A DNA stretch of 64,000 bases from an uncultured Oligoflexia bacterium. GTDB lineage: Bacteria > Bdellovibrionota > UBA1018 > UBA6935. Below are positions 45,751 to 55,010 of the stretch, in pieces; positions within the stretch are counted from its first letter, which is position 1; the number at the start of each line of letters is the position of its first letter. Both the position numbers and the translations under genes were made by a program. The notes below the pieces were generated by a model. The model saw nothing but the letters and a program-made list of their open reading frames with translations, was not told where the DNA came from and made no database searches. The stretch lies in the NCBI GenBank assembly GCA_964013565.1, contig CAXGWU010000001.1, forward strand, positions 93,601 through 157,600, in the 5' to 3' direction.

Positions 45751-46895
45751 TTTTTTTGTACTACTTTAGCTAATACGAATGCCAAAAGGAGAACCCCAGA
45801 AGCTGCTATAAAGGGAGTTCCTGCACCTAGATGATCAAAAAGGTATCCACTCATGGGAGGTCCTACAATTCTGGCTAGGCTTGACGATGAATGAAAAATT
45901 CCCATAGTGACCCCTCTTCTGGAAGGGGCTGCGCCTTGAGAGCAAAGACTTGAGAGGGTTGGGTGTAAAATTCCATGTCCGAATGCCATAAGAATCATTG
46001 CATAAATAAGGTGAGTATAATCAAATGTTTGACCAAACCAACTCATTCCGGCTGACATTAAAACAGTACCGATTAAGACTAATCGAATATCTCCAAATAA
46101 TTTTGAGAGTTTTCCAATCAGTCCTCCTTGAATAAAAGCCATGATCAGTCCCATGGTACCGAGCAGGTATCCTGCTTGTAGAGCTGTTTTAGAAAAACGA
46201 GTCTTTAAGTAAAGAGCAAATGACACTTCCATTTGAACAACCGCTAAGGTGAGAAGAAAAAATAAGAAAGTTGTACTTCCAGTGAGAGGATGGCTTAAAA
46301 CTTCTTTTAAGGTTGTTCGGTTGAATTTACGATCCCGATTTGCTTTTCTTTGCTCGTGAGTGAGGGGAGGCTCTTTTAAAATAAATATTGCTAAGATCAA
46401 GTTTAAAGCAGAGAGTCCAGCCGCAAAGAATAAAGGAGTGGAGTATCCATGTTGGGACAGAATCCCTCCAATGGCGGGTCCAAAGATAAATCCCAATCCA
46501 AACCCGGCACCAATCAGTCCCATTCCTTTTGAGCGGTTCTCTTGAGTAGTTACATCTGCTACGTAAGCATAGGCTGTGGAAATATTTGCCGTCATGATTC
46601 CTGCACAGAATCGAGCAATAAATAGCCAAACGAGAGAAGATGCAAATCCTAGACCGGTAAGACTAAGGACCGTTCCAAAAATACTGATTAAGAGAACTTT
46701 TCTTCTTCCGATTCTGTCGGAGAGTTGCCCCCAAAGGGGAGCAAAAAGAAATTGCATAAGTGAGTAAATAGTCATTAACCAACCGAGGTCCCAGGCGGTA
46801 GCTCCAAAGCTCTCCGCATAATAAGGGAGAATTGGGATGACGATTCCAAAACCGAGAAGGTCAATAAATAGGACCAAAAAAAGAGTAAGTAACAT
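45717..46895 (-). CDS. MFS transporter (drug:H+ antiporter-like)
   Basis: 12 TM helices with the MFS motif A, GQLSDRIGRRKVLL. Confidence 0.85.
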   Translation of the reverse strand: MLLTLFLVLFIDLLGFGIVIPILPYYAESFGATAWDLGWLMTIYSLMQFLFAPLWGQLSDRIGRRKVLLISIFGTVLSLTGLGFASSLVWLFIARFCAGIMTANISTAYAYVADVTTQENRSKGMGLIGAGFGLGFIFGPAIGGILSQHGYSTPLFFAAGLSALNLILAIFILKEPPLTHEQRKANRDRKFNRTTLKEVLSHPLTGSTTFLFFLLTLAVVQMEVSFALYLKTRFSKTALQAGYLLGTMGLIMAFIQGGLIGKLSKLFGDIRLVLIGTVLMSAGMSWFGQTFDYTHLIYAMILMAFGHGILHPTLSSLCSQGAAPSRRGVTMGIFHSSSSLARIVGPPMSGYLFDHLGAGTPFIAASGVLLLAFVLAKVVQKKWEPQMKENLS

Positions 46896-46906
46896 GGGAA
46901 TAAGGT

Positions 46907-47614
46907 TTATCTTGATTCAGGGGGGCCATGCAAGAACGCAATGAGTGATGCGAAAAAGAATCCAAAAAAACCGCCAAAAACTACATCAGTCGGATAATGT
47001 CGCCCCGCCCAGACTCGAAGAACTCCTGTTGAAATGGTGAGAAAGAGGCTGAGAAAGAAGATCATTTTTTGCGCTCTTGAGTTTAGATTCCGCCTTACAC
47101 CAAAATAAATGAGGGAAACACAGGAAGCCGCAGCAAAACTCGTATGTCCTGAGAAAAAGGAACTATAATCGTGAACGTTATTTGCTTGATGCCACGGTTT
47201 AAGAAATAAGTAAGGGCGAGGACGGTTGGTTACGATTTTTGTGATCTCTGTAAACATTCCTGTGATGAGAACAGATTGAGCAAAAATAGTGAAATCAAAT
47301 AAAAAGTCTTTTGAGGTACTCTTTTCAAAAGGAGGAAGTTTTTGGATTTTTCGGTAGAGGTGAATACTTAAAGGAATAAATACAGCACAAAGACCAGCAA
47401 GATCTTGAGTCCAAAATGATGCAATATCAGCGAGATCATGAATGGGATGAATTGCAAGTTGATCAATGAAATTAATTTCTGAAGCTGAGCATGCTCCTTC
47501 TTTTGCGCAGGGAGTGTTCATCCATTGATCTCTATTTTTGACTAGAAAAATCCAGAGCAAACCTGGAATCAGAATAAGCCATGCATCTACTTTAAAAAAT
47601 AAGCTTCGTTTCAT
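46907..47614 (-). CDS. PAP2-family (acid / lipid phosphate) phosphatase, membrane
   Basis: The three PAP2 motifs: KIVTNRPRPY, SFFSGHTS and VWAGRHYPTDV. Confidence 0.85.
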   Translation of the reverse strand: MKRSLFFKVDAWLILIPGLLWIFLVKNRDQWMNTPCAKEGACSASEINFIDQLAIHPIHDLADIASFWTQDLAGLCAVFIPLSIHLYRKIQKLPPFEKSTSKDFLFDFTIFAQSVLITGMFTEITKIVTNRPRPYLFLKPWHQANNVHDYSSFFSGHTSFAAASCVSLIYFGVRRNLNSRAQKMIFFLSLFLTISTGVLRVWAGRHYPTDVVFGGFFGFFFASLIAFLHGPPESR

Positions 47615-47659
47615 TTTAAGTCACTTTAACATAATTCGTTTTTGACTGGTAAATTTCAT

Positions 47660-48553
47660 TTATTCAAGCGCCCAATCAAAAATTCCATGGATTCTTAATC
47701 TTCTGACTTCTTCTTTGAGTCGATCTACTTCAATTTGAAGGTCTTCGATTCTGTTGATGAACGTTGAAGCCGTAAAAAACAGGGTTTCAACGTCAATGCT
47801 TATTTGAAGAAGTGCTTTTGAGTGATTTTGCAATAACACTCGATAGTAAATTCGGGCATTTTTGAGTTCATCAATACGGTAGTTATCAATACTTAAGGCG
47901 AGATCAAAAAGTTCTTTTTCAGTAGATTCAATAATGTCGAGTTGAGTGCTTTCTAAGAGTTCAAATGGGTTGAGATAGTTTCTTCTTAAATGTTCAATGA
48001 TGAATGCGTCAATTCCCCCAATGATTCCACCTGTAAGATAGACTTGAGTTCTACCAATGAGGGTTTTTGGAAGCTCATGAGAGACAACCTTCAGTCGTCG
48101 AGAGAATTGCTCTAGGTTTGTCTTTCCTGCAGAAACCCAAGCAGATTTTTTAAATAAACCACGAGTCCATTTAAATCCATAAAACAAAGTCCAGTATACA
48201 GCAATATCTTTAAAGATAATCATGACGGGATGACGTTTCTCTTGTTCATCCAGTTCTCTTTGAATCATTGATTGTATTTGAGAGAGAAGTAAAACGGTAT
48301 TTGCTCGGTCAATCGGATTCCAGCGATAATGACTTATTAAATTAAGAAGCGTTTCATTAAAATCTTCTTTTGAAAGAGATTTAATTCTTCTGGAGAGAGC
48401 ACGGGCATGTCTGAGTTGTAGATCTTCACTCGAGGGAGAGTCGTTTTCATTTGATGAATAAGTATTAAAATAATCTTGAATCATTTGATCTGACCAAGGA
48501 GCTGCATAAGAAAATCCATGAAATAAAAAAATTCCTAATAAAAATTGAATCAT
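47660..48553 (-). CDS. hypothetical secreted/membrane protein (third gene of a coupled trio)
   Basis: Start at MIQFLLGIFLFHGFSYA gives an ATGA overlap with the upstream stop. Hydrophobic segments VMIIFKDIAVYWTLFYGF and YLTGGIIGGIDAFII. Confidence 0.5.
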   Translation of the reverse strand: MIQFLLGIFLFHGFSYAAPWSDQMIQDYFNTYSSNENDSPSSEDLQLRHARALSRRIKSLSKEDFNETLLNLISHYRWNPIDRANTVLLLSQIQSMIQRELDEQEKRHPVMIIFKDIAVYWTLFYGFKWTRGLFKKSAWVSAGKTNLEQFSRRLKVVSHELPKTLIGRTQVYLTGGIIGGIDAFIIEHLRRNYLNPFELLESTQLDIIESTEKELFDLALSIDNYRIDELKNARIYYRVLLQNHSKALLQISIDVETLFFTASTFINRIEDLQIEVDRLKEEVRRLRIHGIFDWALE

Positions 48554-50019
48554 GGGGTCTCTTCTTTCCATTCATAAGTCATTTGAAGAAATTGATTAAG
48601 CATTTGATTGATTGAATGCATGTCTTGAGTCAAACGAGTAATGAGAGTTTGTTTACCTGGGAATGTATATTGGTGAAGATTTGCTATAGCATGAAGAAAA
48701 ACCGAGTTGGGATGGGAGAAGCTAGTTTGAGGTAATAAGCTATTTAAATAGCGTAGATTCATTTTTTCTACCCACTTCGAATAAAGATCTTCTTTTAGAG
48801 AAAGAAGCATGGATGATTGAATTTGTTCTTCTTGATGGGGTTTTATTTTTTGAAGGTAAAAATCTCTATAGAACCATGCAAGTTCCTTTAGGTGAGGTTC
48901 AAATGCGGCTAAAGAATACCAGTCTTTGTGAATGATGCGTTCTCGAGTTAAAAATCCAGAGTAGCCAAAATGTGAGAGCATTTTATGTTTATTAAATACA
49001 TGAAGGAGTTCTAGGAAAAGCTCATTTGATTCCTTTTTTGAAAGTTCAGTGGGGTTTTCAAATGCCTCACTGGTGAGCTCTATGGTTTCTTCATAAACAG
49101 GTTGAAATAAAAAATAAGCAAGTTTTTGAGCGTCTTTGGCGATTCTGTGTCCATAAATGGCTCTTTGATGTGGGGTAGTTGCTAATTTAAATTCATCAAT
49201 TGAACTAAGGTAATCTTTAGTGTGATTTGATTTTTTATGTTTTTGATAACGGGCATATGCTTGTTCTTCTACGAGTACGCCTGCAACAATGCTTCCAGCA
49301 AAAACAAGTGGATGAGCTTTTGCTGGTGTTGCAGCTCGATTGACTCCTCCGAACAGAAGAGCACCTCGTTGAATCATTTTTCCTATGAGTGCTTCTGCTA
49401 AGAAGCTACCGCTAACAAAACTTCCTAGTTTAAAAAATAAGTCTGTCGTTACAGGGCCATTAAGAAGAGGAAAGGGATCAGAGGGAAGAGCTTCTAATTG
49501 AATGAGATGAGAAGGGGGGGCTTTCTCTGTTGCAGATCGAGAAAGAAATTCTCCAGTAGATTTTCCAGCAACAAAGCCAACAACTGGGAGTGTGCCTCTT
49601 AAAAATTTAAAATAAGAACTTATTTTTTCTGGGTGTTTTTTTAGAATGAAGTAAAAAGCAAGGGCAAGTCCTATTCCACTTACAGTTCCAATTCCCGCTC
49701 CCGCATCGATTGTTAAATTTCGAATTCTTTGAGAGCCTTTGGCACAATGACTTTCCCAGTGTGTTTGTAGATCGATAGCAATGGATGGAAGTTTATTGGG
49801 ATCTATTTTTTCACTTAAAATGAGTAACGCATTTGAGTAGTTTTCATTGTCTAGTGAGAATACTTTTTGAATAAGTAAATCAGAAGAAATTAAGTTTTCT
49901 GTGGTTGTTTGAGCTGAGTTTACTCTAGTTATGATTTCTTCAAGTGAGTTATTAAGTGCTTTAGTTTTACAAATTCCGAAAGCGAGTTGTGGAATAAAAA
50001 AAAGAAAAAATAATTTCAT
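48550..50019 (-). CDS. hypothetical secreted/membrane protein with Gly-rich hydrophobic segments
   Basis: Start at MKLFFLFFIPQLAFG (ATGA overlap with the upstream stop). Segments AGAGIGTVSGIGLALAFYFIL, LPVVGFVAGKSTG and LVFAGSIVAGVLV. Confidence 0.5.
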   Translation of the reverse strand: MKLFFLFFIPQLAFGICKTKALNNSLEEIITRVNSAQTTTENLISSDLLIQKVFSLDNENYSNALLILSEKIDPNKLPSIAIDLQTHWESHCAKGSQRIRNLTIDAGAGIGTVSGIGLALAFYFILKKHPEKISSYFKFLRGTLPVVGFVAGKSTGEFLSRSATEKAPPSHLIQLEALPSDPFPLLNGPVTTDLFFKLGSFVSGSFLAEALIGKMIQRGALLFGGVNRAATPAKAHPLVFAGSIVAGVLVEEQAYARYQKHKKSNHTKDYLSSIDEFKLATTPHQRAIYGHRIAKDAQKLAYFLFQPVYEETIELTSEAFENPTELSKKESNELFLELLHVFNKHKMLSHFGYSGFLTRERIIHKDWYSLAAFEPHLKELAWFYRDFYLQKIKPHQEEQIQSSMLLSLKEDLYSKWVEKMNLRYLNSLLPQTSFSHPNSVFLHAIANLHQYTFPGKQTLITRLTQDMHSINQMLNQFLQMTYEWKEETP

Positions 50020-52649
50020 AAACTGGCCTCCAGAGTTTTTAGAGTGCCCGGTTGTTTTAAGATCCATCTTTCATTTAAAAGAGTTTTTTCACTGAGTCTA
50101 AAATAGGCCTTTTCAATAGATTTAAGTTCTTCTTGAGTTAGGTTCTGAGGTTTTTTTCTGAGGTGATCAAGTTGTTTTTTTAATTGTTCTAAATTCCAGC
50201 TTTTAGAATTTCCTGGTTTTATTTTTAAAGTTTTAAAAGCTTCAATATCTTTAATGATTTCTTTGAATCTTAACGCCGATCCAGATTCAAATTCAATAAA
50301 ATGAGCAATGGGTTTGTATCGAGATACTTTGATCCACTGTAAAAGTCTGCTAGCCCAAGATAAGCCAAAAAGTAATCCAATATCTACGATTAAAAATTTT
50401 ATTTTTTGGCTTTGGTATATTTTCTTTGCTGAATCGAGATTAATAAAGCTTATAAAGGCATCTTTTTTAACTTGAGAACGATATATTTTTTTGATCTTAT
50501 TTTTCTTTATTCGTGTGTCATAAAAAGTGTTTTTTGCTTGATAAGCGATTTCTCCAATGAGCATCCAAGCAATTACTTTTTTTAAACGTTCTGTAAATGG
50601 CATTTTTAAAATCAGTTTAGAGAAAGGACCTAGTTTTTTTGAAAAGAAACTCACACTTTCAAGGATGATGAGTCCTGTTGCTAAGTTGATCATTTCATCG
50701 GAAAGAGTTTCTCCTGCAATTTGATCTAAAAGGGTTTGTTCTTGAAGTCTTTTTTTCTCGTTTTGAATGATCTTGTTATAGTTTGGGTAATTTTCAATAA
50801 ATGATTCTGTGATTTGGGATTCTAAAAAAATGATTTTTAAATCATCTATTTTTTTTGCAGATTGAACTCGATTGATGAGTTGAAATAGGTTTTTTTTAGC
50901 GATTTCAATCGATGCTTCAATCGGAGCCCAAGGGGTATAGGCTGCGAGGTTTTCAGATAAATATTTTCCTTCAGAAGTGTTTGTGTTTAGAAGTGGATGT
51001 CTGAGTCGAGTATTTTCTCTTTTTTCTTCATAGTCTTCTGTAGAGAGGTTTTTAAAAAAATCGAGAGAAGGGCTTTGTTCTGGATGAAACGGTCTAAGAA
51101 ATCCCATCCATTTTCCGAAATGGTAAAGACTATAAAGGTCTCTTCTTATTTCTGATTTAATTTCATGAATCATTCGATGTGTTTTTAAAGACTCTTTTTG
51201 GGACTTTATTTTAGCAGGAAGTGAAATTTTTCCGTTCTCTAAAAAATGAATAAATCTGACTTTGTCAATTTTCCCTTCGTAAAAACACCATGGAGGAAGA
51301 AATAGTTCTAGAGATGACTGGTAGTTGTTGAAGGACTCAGAATAAGAGTTTGATTGAACGATTTTCTGAAAAATTTGTTTTGCAAATAGTGATGGGTTGT
51401 CTTTTAGAAAAAAAGGAAGATAGTGTTTTCCCAGAAGAAGGGGTTGGATAAAGGTTTGTCTTGCAAATGATTTTTTTATTTGGATTAATTCAGATTTAAA
51501 TTCTTCTCTTTTTATTTGTGTGTTGTCACTTTTTAAAGTTTTATTTGATTCATTAATCCAATTTTCAATTTGATCAGAAGGAATTTTTTTTAAAAAATTG
51601 TTACTGATTTCATGTATTTTTTCAGTAAGAGATTCTTCGATAGATTGATCTAAATCAAACGCGATGTGGGTAAATGATAGTCTTAAGGTTTCTTCTAATG
51701 CGAGGGCAATCCACCTTTTTAGTAATGGGATCCACGTTTCTTGCGGGCTTTTAGAAAATAAAAACGATGTATTGAAGATTTGAGTTTTTGTAGCTTTTAT
51801 TGCCACATCTTGGATGTATTTTATTTTTTCTTTTTTAAAGAGATTATTTACTCTTTTGTCTTGTGCAATGCGAATAAGGTCTGCTCTGTCTTCTTCATCT
51901 AAAAAAAGAGGTAAATTAAGTGTGTCAATGCTCTTTGACAGTGCATTACGTGTTTCGTTTTCTTTATTTGATTCGTTTATTTGTGTAAAATAAGCTAATC
52001 CATTTTGTTGTGGTGAAACGTTTATAGATTTTAAAGTGTCTTGAATGTCTCTTTTGTTTTTTTCAGAAACAATTTCATTCATAACAAATAGTTGCTCTAT
52101 TGCCTGTTCTATAACTTTTTGTTTAAAAATTTTGAAGAAGTTTTTTTTATTTGGATTTTGTTTGAGTTTATAATTTTTTGCTTCTTGAGAAAAGTCACTA
52201 AGGAGTTTAAGTCGATATTTGTTGTCTTCTTTTTGAATTTTTATTGGAAAGGGCCGGTCTTGGTTTGCTTGAAATTTTAACCAGGCAAACAAGCGTTCTT
52301 CAGAAAGAGGGATGCTCCAATCAATACTGGAAGGGGAGGAGTGGAGCTGAGAGGTGATCAAGAAGATTTCAATGATTTCTAGATATTTTTGTAACGGATC
52401 AGATTCATCGCTCAGTGGATCTTTAATGATTTGAGTTTTCCATTGGAGCAATTCCGATTCAATTTCTACAAGGGAATGAGAGGGAGTCATTGAAGTCCAG
52501 CGATCAGGGTGAATTACTTGCTTCATTTGAAGCACAATTTGTCGATGAAGCTCATTTGGAACTAATGCTGCCATTGAATTCAAAGGAAAAACAAAGAGTT
52601 TTGCCAGAATCACAATTGTGAAGCGTGTACCCCAAGGAAGTCTTTTCAT
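50016..52649 (-). CDS. large hypothetical Lys/Asn/Ile-rich protein with C-terminal TM segments
   Basis: The ORF is open to 52736. The more likely start is MKRLPWGTRFTIVILAKLFVFPLNSMA at 52649. C-terminal hydrophobic segments LATGLIILESVSFF, VIAWMLIGEIAY and FLIVDIGLLFGLSWA. Confidence 0.5.
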   Translation of the reverse strand: MKRLPWGTRFTIVILAKLFVFPLNSMAALVPNELHRQIVLQMKQVIHPDRWTSMTPSHSLVEIESELLQWKTQIIKDPLSDESDPLQKYLEIIEIFLITSQLHSSPSSIDWSIPLSEERLFAWLKFQANQDRPFPIKIQKEDNKYRLKLLSDFSQEAKNYKLKQNPNKKNFFKIFKQKVIEQAIEQLFVMNEIVSEKNKRDIQDTLKSINVSPQQNGLAYFTQINESNKENETRNALSKSIDTLNLPLFLDEEDRADLIRIAQDKRVNNLFKKEKIKYIQDVAIKATKTQIFNTSFLFSKSPQETWIPLLKRWIALALEETLRLSFTHIAFDLDQSIEESLTEKIHEISNNFLKKIPSDQIENWINESNKTLKSDNTQIKREEFKSELIQIKKSFARQTFIQPLLLGKHYLPFFLKDNPSLFAKQIFQKIVQSNSYSESFNNYQSSLELFLPPWCFYEGKIDKVRFIHFLENGKISLPAKIKSQKESLKTHRMIHEIKSEIRRDLYSLYHFGKWMGFLRPFHPEQSPSLDFFKNLSTEDYEEKRENTRLRHPLLNTNTSEGKYLSENLAAYTPWAPIEASIEIAKKNLFQLINRVQSAKKIDDLKIIFLESQITESFIENYPNYNKIIQNEKKRLQEQTLLDQIAGETLSDEMINLATGLIILESVSFFSKKLGPFSKLILKMPFTERLKKVIAWMLIGEIAYQAKNTFYDTRIKKNKIKKIYRSQVKKDAFISFINLDSAKKIYQSQKIKFLIVDIGLLFGLSWASRLLQWIKVSRYKPIAHFIEFESGSALRFKEIIKDIEAFKTLKIKPGNSKSWNLEQLKKQLDHLRKKPQNLTQEELKSIEKAYFRLSEKTLLNERWILKQPGTLKTLEASL

Positions 52650-52861
52650 GGAGTTTTTATAACGCAATAAGTCATTGTTTTCAATGAAGAAGGTTCGTAG
52701 GGCCTTTGATTCAAATTTCAGGTTCGACCCATGCATTTATTTGAAATTACTATTAAAATTGTAACGATTTAGTCTGGAACTTCGAATAAGTTCTATTACA
52801 GGCGAAAAATAGTACTTCTAAAAAGGAAAGTTTGTTTCGATTGACTCGATTATCAATCTTT

Positions 52862-54757
52862 TTAGACTTTCCCTTCTTTAAGCTCTTCCACAATCTGAGG
52901 GTCCAAGAGGGTACTGGTGTCACCGAGGTTTTCAGTTTCTCCAGAAGCAATTTTTCTTAAAATTCTTCTCATAATTTTTCCAGACCGTGTTTTTGGAAGT
53001 CCAGAGACGATTTGAATTTTGTCTGGTTTTGCTATGGGACCGATTTGTTGAGTGACCGTTTTTAAAATACTCTTTTTTATTTCTTCTTGATCTAAAAGAG
53101 TTTGATCACAAATTAAAAAAGCATAAATTCCTTGTCCTTTGATGTCGTGAGGATATCCTACCACCGCACTTTCAATGACGTGAGGGTTAAGGTCAATCGC
53201 ATCTTCAACTTCAGCGGTTCCAATTCGGTGACCAGAAACATTAATGACGTCATCCACTCTCCCTGTAATTCGATAGAGTCCATTTTCATCTTTTTTGCAT
53301 CCATCCCCTGTAAAGTAATAACCTTCGTAGGTGGAAAAATAAGTTTGTTTAAAGCGGTCGTGATCTCTAAAAACGGTTCGAGCAATTCCTGGCCAGGATC
53401 GTTTGATACATAAATTTCCTTCAATATTATTTCCAGTTAGGTCTGTGCCCTTGTCATTTTTAAGAACGATTTCGACTCCGGGAAGTGGAAGGGTTGCGTA
53501 ACTGGGTTTCATTGGCGTGACTCCCGCAAGATTAGAAATCATGATTCCACCGGTTTCTGTTTGCCACCACGTATCGACAACAGGGCACTTTTTTCTTCCT
53601 ACAATATCGTGGTACCAAATCCACGCTTCTTCGTTGATAGGTTCGCCTACAGTACCTAATACTTTTAAAGAACTGAGTTCGGCTCTTTCAACCCAGTGGT
53701 CTCCCTGTCCCATAAGGGCTCGAATTGCTGTTGGAGCAGTGTAGAAATGTGAGACTTTATGCTTTTCAATCACATTCCAAAACCTCCCTGGATGCGGATA
53801 GTTTGGAACTCCTTCAAACATGACTGTTGTGATTCCATTAATTAAAGGAGCATATGTAAGATAGGTATGACCAGTAACCCATCCGATATCTGCGCTACAC
53901 CAGTAAATGCTTTTGTCATTGATTTGAAAAACATTTCTAAAAGTATACGCACCCCAAACCATATATCCTGCGGTAGTGTGAACGACGCCCTTGGGTTTTC
54001 CTGTGGAACCAGAAGTATAAAGAATAAAAAGAGGGTCTTCGCTTTGCATGGGTTCAGCAGGACATTCGGAAGCAGCGGAGCTTTGAAGATCATGCCACCA
54101 AAAGTCCCTTCCATTTTGAAGTGAAATATCAGAATAGGTTCTTCGATGGATGATCACTTTAGAAATAGATGGGCAAGTTTTTAACGCCTCGTCAGCAATT
54201 TCCTTAAGAGGAATAGTCTTTTCACCTCGAAACCCACCATCATTAGTGATCAGTAGACTACATTCGCAGTCATTGATTCGATCACTGAGGGCTTTTGCTG
54301 AAAAACCACCAAAAACAACAGTATGGACTGCTCCAATACGAGCACATGCAAGGAGGCTGATTAATAGTTCAGGGACCATCGACATATAGAGACAGACGCG
54401 GTCTCCTTTTTTTACACCACTGCTTTTTAGCATATTTGCGGTCTTACAAACCTCAGTATAAAGCTCTTGAAAGGTATATTTTTTTGTTTCAGAGTTTTCT
54501 TCATTTGGTTCAAAAATAAGAGCAGTGTGATTTCCGCGTTTTTCTAAATGACGATCGAGTGCATTTTCTGTGATATTTAGAATTCCACCTTCAAACCATT
54601 TTACATCCACTTTTTTGAAGTCTCCACTTTGAACGGAATCAAATTCCTTTTTCCATTGAAAACTTTTGGCAATTTCTCCCCAAAATTCTTCCGGTTCGGA
54701 AAGACTTTTTTTGTAAGCGTTTTGATATTCTTCGTAGGATTTGATTTGCCAGAACAT
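52862..54757 (-). CDS. acs: acetyl-CoA synthetase
   Basis: YTSGSTGKPKG AMP-binding motif, WWQTETGG, and GDGCKKDENGLYRITGRVDDVINVSGHR. Collinear with Acs. Confidence 0.93.
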   Translation of the reverse strand: MFWQIKSYEEYQNAYKKSLSEPEEFWGEIAKSFQWKKEFDSVQSGDFKKVDVKWFEGGILNITENALDRHLEKRGNHTALIFEPNEENSETKKYTFQELYTEVCKTANMLKSSGVKKGDRVCLYMSMVPELLISLLACARIGAVHTVVFGGFSAKALSDRINDCECSLLITNDGGFRGEKTIPLKEIADEALKTCPSISKVIIHRRTYSDISLQNGRDFWWHDLQSSAASECPAEPMQSEDPLFILYTSGSTGKPKGVVHTTAGYMVWGAYTFRNVFQINDKSIYWCSADIGWVTGHTYLTYAPLINGITTVMFEGVPNYPHPGRFWNVIEKHKVSHFYTAPTAIRALMGQGDHWVERAELSSLKVLGTVGEPINEEAWIWYHDIVGRKKCPVVDTWWQTETGGIMISNLAGVTPMKPSYATLPLPGVEIVLKNDKGTDLTGNNIEGNLCIKRSWPGIARTVFRDHDRFKQTYFSTYEGYYFTGDGCKKDENGLYRITGRVDDVINVSGHRIGTAEVEDAIDLNPHVIESAVVGYPHDIKGQGIYAFLICDQTLLDQEEIKKSILKTVTQQIGPIAKPDKIQIVSGLPKTRSGKIMRRILRKIASGETENLGDTSTLLDPQIVEELKEGKV

Positions 54758-55010
54758 AAACGAGCCCCTTTAGCGTTTTGTTTGTGATTTCAATAGTTAA
54801 CCTATCAAAGCTTTAAGAAAAGCAAAAGGAGTGGGGGTGTTTTGAGGTATTTATTATAAAAAACAATAAGTTATATGAATACTGTTGAAAAATAACCTTA
54901 AAAGTCAGATATTAAGGTTAAGGATCACTTCTATTACTCCGATAGGAAGTTAAGGTTTTATGGGCTTTTTGGTGTCCATGAATCTAAAAGTAAAAAAAAG
55001 GTTTAAGATC

